NCBI GenBank assembly: GCA_026713505.1
Contig: JAPOOH010000387.1
Span: forward strand, 1 to 38,356
Origin: Chloroflexota bacterium
GTDB lineage: Bacteria > Chloroflexota > Dehalococcoidia > Lucifugimonadales > Australimonadaceae
Length of the DNA stretch: 38,356 bases
Direction: 5' to 3'
In this document: piece after piece, positions 32,861 through 38,356 of the stretch
Numbering within the stretch: position 1 is the first letter of the stretch
Layout: each line of letters opens with the position of its first letter
Notes under the pieces: model-generated
The model's database searches: none
Told to the model about the DNA's origin: nothing
The model's input: only the letters and a program-made list of their open reading frames with translations
Translations under genes and position numbers: made by a program

Positions 32861-34265
32861 CGCGGCGGCGTTCCTGCCGGACGCGTCCGGTCTGGCGGTA
32901 GTCCGGTGCTGTGATGGGCACCTCTGTGACCATCCGTGCGTCGTTGAGGCGCGAGGCGACGGGGTCAGACGGGCCGGACGGGAGGGCGCGCATGGTGATG
33001 ATGGTGGGAAGCCGGGCATTATGCCGGTGGACGATGATCTGGTAGAGCTTCTCGTCCGCCCATGCGGTGGAACTCTCGGAGCCGAGATCGTCCATGATGA
33101 GCAGAGGTGCCTGCTTGATGCGATCGAAGAGCTCGTCGTAGGTGACGCGGCTGTCCGGACTGAACGTGTAGCGGAGGTGGTCCAGCAGGTCGGGCACGAA
33201 GGCGAAAAAGACATCGCCTCCCTGTTCGATGTGCCGGTTGGCAACCGCGACGGCGAGGTGCGTCTTGCCGCAGCCGGGGCCTCCCACGAGAACGAGCCAG
33301 CCCTCCGGCCCCTGCGAGAAGGCGCGCGAGGCATGGAGCGCAGCAGCGAGCGTCTCCCTGTCCACCCTGGTGCGAGCGCGCCCTTCCGGTTGGAAGGAGT
33401 CGAATGTCATCTCCCGGAGCATCGCGTGGGGTATGCCTCCAAGACTCACGGTCCTTGCGGCGGAAGCGCCCCCCATGTCTATGACGAGCGCGTTGCGCGG
33501 GTCGGTCAGCTTGCTCTGTAGGCGTCCGTCCAGCCGTTCCAGCGGAACGGAGGATGTGAGGATGGTCGGAAGGCCATTCAGGTAGCGGTGATTGACAACC
33601 TGGAAGAGCTTCTCCTCAGCCCAGGGCGTGCCGTTGTGTGCGCCGATGTCGTCCAGGATGAGAACCGGGACGTTCTTGACCTGCTCGAACAGCTCATCGT
33701 GAGAGAGCTCAGCGTCGTCGGCATACCCGCCCCGGAGTTGGTCGAGGAGGTCCGGGACGAAAGTGAAGAGGACGGGGTGGCCCTGCAGCATGAGGCGATT
33801 GGCGGCGGCGGCGGCGAGGCAGGTCTTGCCGGTGCCGTGGCCGCCGGTGAGCAGCAGTGAGCCTATGGGCTGTTCGGCGAAGGACTGCGCCGCGCGGAAT
33901 GCGGCGTCGTAGCGGGCGTTCGCTTCGGGGCCAACGCCGGGACCGCTAGTGGCCAACGTCTCAAACGTGACGGCGTGCAGCACGCCGAGGTTGCTGTAGC
34001 GCTGGAGCCGCGTGAGGCGGTCGGTCTCGCTGCGGCGCACCTGGCAAAGGCACGGGAAGGCGCGCCCGAAGTCCGGGTGGCCGACTGGCACGTCGCGGCG
34101 CACCCAGCCCTGTCCCCCGCAGGTGGGGCACACGTCGACAACCGCGGACTCTGCGTCGAGCTGCTGCACCCAGTCAGGAACGGCGGCGACGTTCGAGAAG
34201 TTCCGCTGCTGTAAGCGCCTCAGTATGTCTCCCAGGCTTTCCACTCTGCCTCGTGCCCTTCCCAT
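32853..34265 (-). CDS. Helicase-loader-like protein with a 4-Cys element and two tandem DnaC/DnaI/IstB-type AAA+ modules
   Basis: The ORF is open to 34343, and the start is uncertain: ATG 34265 (GGAAG upstream), GTG 34244 or GTG 34169. It has CPTCGG-x20-FPCLC. Module 1 has Walker A GGHGTGKT (33822-33845) and Walker B VLILDDIG. Module 2 has Walker A GGPGCGKT (33261-33284) and Walker B LLIMDDLG. Confidence 0.8.
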   Translation of the reverse strand: MGRARGRVESLGDILRRLQQRNFSNVAAVPDWVQQLDAESAVVDVCPTCGGQGWVRRDVPVGHPDFGRAFPCLCQVRRSETDRLTRLQRYSNLGVLHAVTFETLATSGPGVGPEANARYDAAFRAAQSFAEQPIGSLLLTGGHGTGKTCLAAAAANRLMLQGHPVLFTFVPDLLDQLRGGYADDAELSHDELFEQVKNVPVLILDDIGAHNGTPWAEEKLFQVVNHRYLNGLPTILTSSVPLERLDGRLQSKLTDPRNALVIDMGGASAARTVSLGGIPHAMLREMTFDSFQPEGRARTRVDRETLAAALHASRAFSQGPEGWLVLVGGPGCGKTHLAVAVANRHIEQGGDVFFAFVPDLLDHLRYTFSPDSRVTYDELFDRIKQAPLLIMDDLGSESSTAWADEKLYQIIVHRHNARLPTIITMRALPSGPSDPVASRLNDARMVTEVPITAPDYRQTGRVRQERRRDV

Positions 34266-34827
34266 CTCGCTTCCAGCGCTCAAGCACTGCTCCGATGTAG
34301 CGCCAACTGCGAGCGTTGGCCGCAACCGCCTCGTGGACCGCATCCTCCACCCACCCGGAGGGGTACTCCTCCTCGGCGGCGCGGAGTTCGTCGGCGACCA
34401 ACGGAGTCAGCATACCAATGTTCTCTTCGTAGAGCCGAAAGACGTTCGGGCGTTCGGATGGACGTCCAACCGCCACGTGCCCCGGAGCGGAACCGAACCG
34501 CCCGGCGGCGCGTTCATTCTGAGGCGTGCGTAGCAACAGCCATCCTGCGGATTCGATGAGTGTACCTCGCTCCACGGCGAGCGCGATGCCGCGTTCGATC
34601 TCATCCGCTGAACCGATGGCATCGAGCAGGACGGCATCCGCCCGCAGTGTAGAGACGGGCACGCGTTTCGGTGCGCCGCTCTGCTGGGCCTCGTGCCAGA
34701 GAAAGCGCAGCGTGCACTTCAACTCGGCGCAGTCGGCTATGTCGACCAGGAGGGACGACAGCAGGGACGCAGGCACCGGCAAACGCTTCGCGTCGGCGTC
34801 GAACCCGGTGAATACTGAGGCGGTCAC
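34174..34827 (-). CDS. DnaD-domain (DnaB_2 / replisome-organizer-like) protein
   Basis: 217-aa ORF whose GTG start overlaps the dnaB stop (GTGA). The C-terminal half matches the DnaD-like pattern: NVFRLYEENIGMLTPLVADELRAAEEEYPSGWVEDAVHEAVAANARSWRYIGAVLERWKRDG. Confidence 0.7.
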   Translation of the reverse strand: MTASVFTGFDADAKRLPVPASLLSSLLVDIADCAELKCTLRFLWHEAQQSGAPKRVPVSTLRADAVLLDAIGSADEIERGIALAVERGTLIESAGWLLLRTPQNERAAGRFGSAPGHVAVGRPSERPNVFRLYEENIGMLTPLVADELRAAEEEYPSGWVEDAVHEAVAANARSWRYIGAVLERWKRDGKGTRQSGKPGRHTEALTAAELLERRRRS

Positions 34828-36188
34828 AGGACCGCCGTTTCGGTCGCGAGGTTGAGGAAGCGCGAGAACTTGCCGTCGAAGAAGAGATGGATGGTGCGGG
34901 TGGGACCGTGGCGGTTCTTTGCGATGACGAGCTGCGCGAGATTCTCCGGGTACGGGTCAGTTGGATGCCGCGACTCCCACTGCTCGGGCGACATGTACTT
35001 GTCGTCACGGTGGATGAAGGCCACAACGTCGGCGTCTTGTTCGATGCTGCCGGACTCGCGCAGGTCGGAAAGTTGGGGATGGTGGTCGGGGCGTTGTTCG
35101 ATTGCGCGGGAGAGCTGGGAGATGGCGATGACCGGGACGTTGAGGTCTCGGGCGATCGCCTTGAGCTGCCTTGTGATGTCGCTCAGCTCCTGAACGCGGT
35201 TCTCGCCACGGTTCTCGCGCCCGGAGATGAGCTGGAGGTAGTCGACTATGACGATGTCGATGCTCCTGCCGGTGTGGAGGCGACGGAGCTTGGAGCGCAT
35301 CTCCAGGACGGTCTGCGCGGGGGAGTCGTCCATGGAGATGGCGAGATCGGACAACTCACCGATGCCGTGTATGACACGGGCCTGGGCGGTATCGCCGAGG
35401 AGGCCGATGCGCAGGAGGTGGCTGTCCACTTCGGCCTCGGCGGAGAGCAGACGGAGTGCAAGTTGCTCGCGGCTCATCTCCAGGCTGACCACGGCGGCGA
35501 CTGCGCCTTGCCCCGCCGCGTTCCGGGCGATGTTCATGGCGAGAGTCGACTTGCCGAGCGCGGGACGCGCGGCGAGGATGAAGAGGTCGCCGCGCTGCAG
35601 GCGTCCCAGGGCGTTGTCGAGGTCGATGAAGCCGGTGGGGATGGGCGCAACGCCGTGGTCCAGCGGCGCCGTATCGGACGCCTCTTCGAGGTACTGGTCC
35701 AGCACCTCGCGAATCATCACGAAGTCGCGTGTAACGTGCGTGTTGCGGACGCGGAAGAGGATGTCCTCGGCCCGCTCGAGCGCCTGGTTCGTGTCGGGCG
35801 AGTCCTCGTAACCGATGGCGGCGATGTCGCCTGCGGCTTGGATAAGCCGGCGCATGGTAGCGGTACGATTGACGATTCGCGCGAAGTGCTCCGCGTGGAC
35901 CGAGGTGGGAACGGCGGCGATGACATGGCTGAGGTAACCGGGGCCCCCGACCTCTTCCAGCCGCTCCCTGAGCGAGAGCTCGCGGGCGACGCTGATCTGG
36001 TCAATGGGTTCGCCGCGGTGGTAGAGCGACTGGCAGGCCTCGTAGCACCAGCGGTTGCGCTCGCGATAGAAGTCGTCCACGTTCACGAGCGGGGCTATGC
36101 GGTTTATCACCTCCCCGTCTATAAGGAGTGAGCCGATGACCGCTTCTTCTGCGTCCGCATCATGGGGTGGAAGCTTCTCCGCATACAT
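34824..36188 (-). CDS. dnaB: Replicative DNA helicase DnaB
   Basis: 454-aa ORF with PPHDADAEEAVIGSLLIDG at the N-terminus, Walker A ARPALGKST, Walker B IVIVDYLQL and SQLSRAIEQR. No intein is present. GAGGAAGG lies directly upstream, 12 nt after the rplI stop. Confidence 0.95.
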   Translation of the reverse strand: MYAEKLPPHDADAEEAVIGSLLIDGEVINRIAPLVNVDDFYRERNRWCYEACQSLYHRGEPIDQISVARELSLRERLEEVGGPGYLSHVIAAVPTSVHAEHFARIVNRTATMRRLIQAAGDIAAIGYEDSPDTNQALERAEDILFRVRNTHVTRDFVMIREVLDQYLEEASDTAPLDHGVAPIPTGFIDLDNALGRLQRGDLFILAARPALGKSTLAMNIARNAAGQGAVAAVVSLEMSREQLALRLLSAEAEVDSHLLRIGLLGDTAQARVIHGIGELSDLAISMDDSPAQTVLEMRSKLRRLHTGRSIDIVIVDYLQLISGRENRGENRVQELSDITRQLKAIARDLNVPVIAISQLSRAIEQRPDHHPQLSDLRESGSIEQDADVVAFIHRDDKYMSPEQWESRHPTDPYPENLAQLVIAKNRHGPTRTIHLFFDGKFSRFLNLATETAVL

Positions 36189-36200
36189 CCTTCCTCGTTC

Positions 36201-36821
36201 CTACGGCTCCTCTTCCTCTCCGGTTATGCCGTCCCCGGGCTCGTCTTCGTCTTCTTCATAGTCGTCGTCGGGGGACTGGTCTTCTTCTTCGTAGTCGTCG
36301 TAGGCTGTCTCTTCCGCTTCCGCAGTGTCGCCGCCTTCTTCCGTGTCGGCGGCTTCGGTCCGGGCAGCCTCGTAGCCTTCCGGCACGACGGAAACGGTCA
36401 CCTCGGCGGTGACCTCGCGGTAGAGGCGAATGCTGACAGGGTAGTCGCCGGGCTCGTGGATCGCGCTGCCGAGCAGCACCTGGCGGTGGTCTATGGAGCG
36501 GCCTGTCGCGGCGGAGAGCCGGTCCGCGATGTGGCGTCCGGTGACGGAGCCGAAGAGGCGTCCGTTGGGACCCACACGCACCTCCACGGGCACCTGGGTG
36601 CCTTCGATCAGCGCGGCAACCTCTCCCCATTCCTCGGAGAACTGGAGACGCTTCTGCCGGGCCGCTGCTTCGATGGCGCGTATCCGCTGCAACTGCCCCG
36701 GAGTAGCCGGAGCGGCAAGCCCCTTGGGCAGCAGGTAGTTCCGGGCGAACCCGTTCTTCACTTCTTTGACCTCACCTGCATCAGCAGCTCCGGCCACGTC
36801 TTCGAGAAAGATGACTTTCAT
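36201..36821 (-). CDS. rplI: 50S ribosomal protein L9 with acidic C-terminal extension
   Basis: ATG 36821 gives MKVIFLEDVAGAADAGEVKEVKNGFARNYLLPKGLA (canonical L9 N-domain). The canonical length ends near aa 149 and is followed by a D/E-rich tail of about 57 aa. The conserved rplI-dnaB synteny is present. Confidence 0.9.
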   Translation of the reverse strand: MKVIFLEDVAGAADAGEVKEVKNGFARNYLLPKGLAAPATPGQLQRIRAIEAAARQKRLQFSEEWGEVAALIEGTQVPVEVRVGPNGRLFGSVTGRHIADRLSAATGRSIDHRQVLLGSAIHEPGDYPVSIRLYREVTAEVTVSVVPEGYEAARTEAADTEEGGDTAEAEETAYDDYEEEDQSPDDDYEEDEDEPGDGITGEEEEP

Positions 36822-37086
36822 CTCGCAATCCTCGCACTGGGTATGAGTCCGTGCGGACGCGCGGATCGCGCGTTCACACAGCAATGACCATACGGCCACT
36901 GGGCTGGCCGCACGTACGCTACATCATACCACCGGATGAGGTTCCTCCTCCGCGCCCTCGTTGCGCCAGGGCCCCTTGTCACAAACTGCGCCGCGGCGGA
37001 TTGTGGCACAGCGACCCTGTCGACCCACCGCAGCGGAGTCCGCGAATTCTGGCGACCCGCGCGCTTGCGTTTTGGGGACGCCGGTG

Positions 37087-38356
37087 CTATGCGCCCAGCG
37101 CGCGCTCCAGGCCGCCGAAGAAGGCGTCCGCAAGGTCCGCGAGCGGTTCATCCACGAAGCCCGGAATGGCGAACCGCGTTCCCCCCACAACGCCGAGCCG
37201 CGCACACGGCACACCGGCTGCCCGTGAAGCAACCTCGACACGTACAACGTCCGCCTCAGCGCAGCTGACAACGGCTCGCGACGGCGTCTCGCCGAATAGT
37301 GCGGCGTCCCAGCGGCCTCCCGGCCAATGGCCCGCTCCCGTGAAGCCGACGCCTCCGATGACGGCGCTCTCCGCCAGCGCGACACCGAGTCCGCCGTCCG
37401 AGCAGTCGTGGGCGGAGGACAGCAGACGCTCGTGCGCGAGAGTGACGAGGAGCCGCTGCAGACGAACCTCGGCGTCGAGGTCGAGGGTCGGCTTACCCGC
37501 GACCGTTTCGTGTCCCAGCGCGAGGTATTCGCTGCCAGCGAGCGCGCCGCTGTCCGAGGGCGACGCGCCGAGCAGGAGGACGGCGTCGCCCTCGCCGGCA
37601 AATGCGGCGCCTAGCGCGTTGCGGGCGTCGTCCAGTAGACCGACCGCCCCGACTATTGGAGTGGGGTAGATGGCCTCGCCCTGCGTCTCGTTGTAGAGCG
37701 ACACGTTGCCGCTTACGACGGGGACGCCGAGCGCGCGGCAGGCGTCGGCCATGCCTCGGATGCACTCCTCCAGCTGGTAGTAGACCTCCGGCTTCTGAGG
37801 GTTGCCGAAGTTGAGGCAGTCGGTGATGGCCAGCGGGGCTGCGCCCGAGGCGGCGACGTTGCGGCAAGCCTCGGCCACAGCCAACGCTCCGCCGGTGTAG
37901 GGGTCGAGCCAGGCAGTGCGCCCGTTGCCGTCCACGGCCAGGGCGAGCGCCTTGGGCATCTCGCGCAGACGGAGGACGGCGGCGTCACCCGCACCAGGCT
38001 TGACCATCGTGCGTGTCTGCACCTCGTGATCGTAGCGCCGGTAGACGACGCGCTTGCTCGCGACGTTGGATGATGCGATGAGATCACGGAGGATCCGGCC
38101 AGCCTGCGCCGGATCAGGGGCTGGGGGCATCGCAGCGGTGTGCAGGGCATCCAGGTACGCGGGGCGCGTCCCGCCGGGACGGTACTGTGGCGCCTCCACG
38201 AGCGTGGCTATGTTGACCTCGGCGGCGAGTTCGGGGCCGTCGTAGACCCTGGCAATGCCGTCGCCGGTGACGGTTCCGATGGCGGTGATCGGGACATCCC
38301 ACCGGTCGAAGATGCGGCGGACGCCGTCCTCGTTCTCCGGCCTGGCGATGAGGAGC
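37087..38356 (-). CDS. purL: Phosphoribosylformylglycinamidine synthase subunit PurL (C-terminal part; 5' end off window)
   Basis: The ORF-track start at 38199 is an internal GTG. The same frame stays open to the window end (LLIARPENEDGVRRIFDRWDVPITAIGTVTGDGIARVYDG...). PurL motifs are present: ASKRVVYRRYDHEVQTRT, ITDCLNFGNP, VVSGNVSLYNET, AHDCSDGGL. Confidence 0.9.
   Translation of the reverse strand, partial: LLIARPENEDGVRRIFDRWDVPITAIGTVTGDGIARVYDGPELAAEVNIATLVEAPQYRPGGTRPAYLDALHTAAMPPAPDPAQAGRILRDLIASSNVASKRVVYRRYDHEVQTRTMVKPGAGDAAVLRLREMPKALALAVDGNGRTAWLDPYTGGALAVAEACRNVAASGAAPLAITDCLNFGNPQKPEVYYQLEECIRGMADACRALGVPVVSGNVSLYNETQGEAIYPTPIVGAVGLLDDARNALGAAFAGEGDAVLLLGASPSDSGALAGSEYLALGHETVAGKPTLDLDAEVRLQRLLVTLAHERLLSSAHDCSDGGLGVALAESAVIGGVGFTGAGHWPGGRWDAALFGETPSRAVVSCAEADVVRVEVASRAAGVPCARLGVVGGTRFAIPGFVDEPLADLADAFFGGLERALGA

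Noticed and set aside
32386-33334. N-terminal extensions of crcB (to 32586) and of the HIT gene (to 33334) in the ORF track.
   Set aside because: Both extensions are out-of-frame readings of the upstream genes (Ser/Thr/Arg/Pro-rich). The conserved protein bodies start at ATG 32385 and ATG 32860, each overlapping the upstream stop by 8 nt.
36923-36928. Possible extended -10 element (TGGTATGAT on the minus strand) and small GC hairpins (ACGCGCG-ATC-CGCGCGT, CGGCCA-N6-TGGCCG) in the 265-bp leader upstream of rplI. Considered as a promoter plus autoregulatory leader.
   Set aside because: There is no acceptable -35 element. The hairpins are short and of the kind expected by chance in GC-rich DNA. 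Transcript mapping would be needed to say more.
1-38356. Searched the six-frame track for integrase, transposase, recombinase, toxin-antitoxin, restriction-modification or other defence-type genes that would mark a mobile or defence island.
   Set aside because: None was recognisable. Every long ORF with protein-like composition is accounted for by metabolic, transport, replication or housekeeping families. The island idea rests only on the weak tRNA-fragment repeat reported as a low-interest finding.

Overview
This is a GC-rich (about 60-65% by eye), densely coding bacterial chromosomal segment. Most starts have strong GGAGG-type Shine-Dalgarno sites, and several ORF-track starts are GTG or TTG. 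I saw no rRNA, CRISPR array, transposase or integrase.

Layout:
- 1-2392 (-): aminopeptidase N. It is missing from the ORF track because its frame runs off the window start.
- 2586-23371: an 18-gene CoA-centred catabolic supercluster made of three operons.
  - 7838->2586 (-): E2 acyltransferase followed by two divergent E1 alpha/beta pairs, with no E3.
  - 8378->13636 (+): SCP2-thiolase-like protein, DUF35, a 790-aa fusion of two family III (CaiB/BaiF) CoA-transferase domains, and an enolase-superfamily enzyme.
  - 23371->13664 (-): family-5 lipoprotein SBP, two permeases, CaiB, amidohydrolase_2, CaiB, crotonase, alpha/beta hydrolase, cupin.
- 23619-27532 (+): a GldA/GldF/GldG-like ABC-2 cassette plus DUF4340. 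It separates the importer's membrane genes from two OppD/OppF-type ATPase genes (27522-29558, -).
- 29603-30730 (-): a membrane-anchored parvulin PPIase that heads the two ATPase genes.
- 30841-30915 (-): tRNA-Arg(CCG).
- 31278-31820 (+): a collagen-like (21 x G-X-Y) lipoprotein, followed by a perfect 16-bp bidirectional terminator.
- 36821->32008 (-): a translationally coupled operon, rplI (with an acidic tail), dnaB, a DnaD-domain protein, a helicase-loader-like protein, a HIT protein and crcB.
- 37087 to the window end (-): purL, with its 5' end off the window.

Best candidates for undescribed biology:
- The helicase-loader-like protein next to dnaB carries two tandem DnaC/DnaI-type AAA+ modules behind a 4-Cys element.
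- The regulator-less catabolic supercluster has four CoA-transferase domains with Asp / Ser(?) / Asp / Glu at the catalytic position, a thiolase-like enzyme with altered catalytic fingerprints, and a doubled E1.

Gene content resembles Chloroflexota (SAR202-like), but that is inference only. All similarity statements come from reading motifs by eye; no searches were run.
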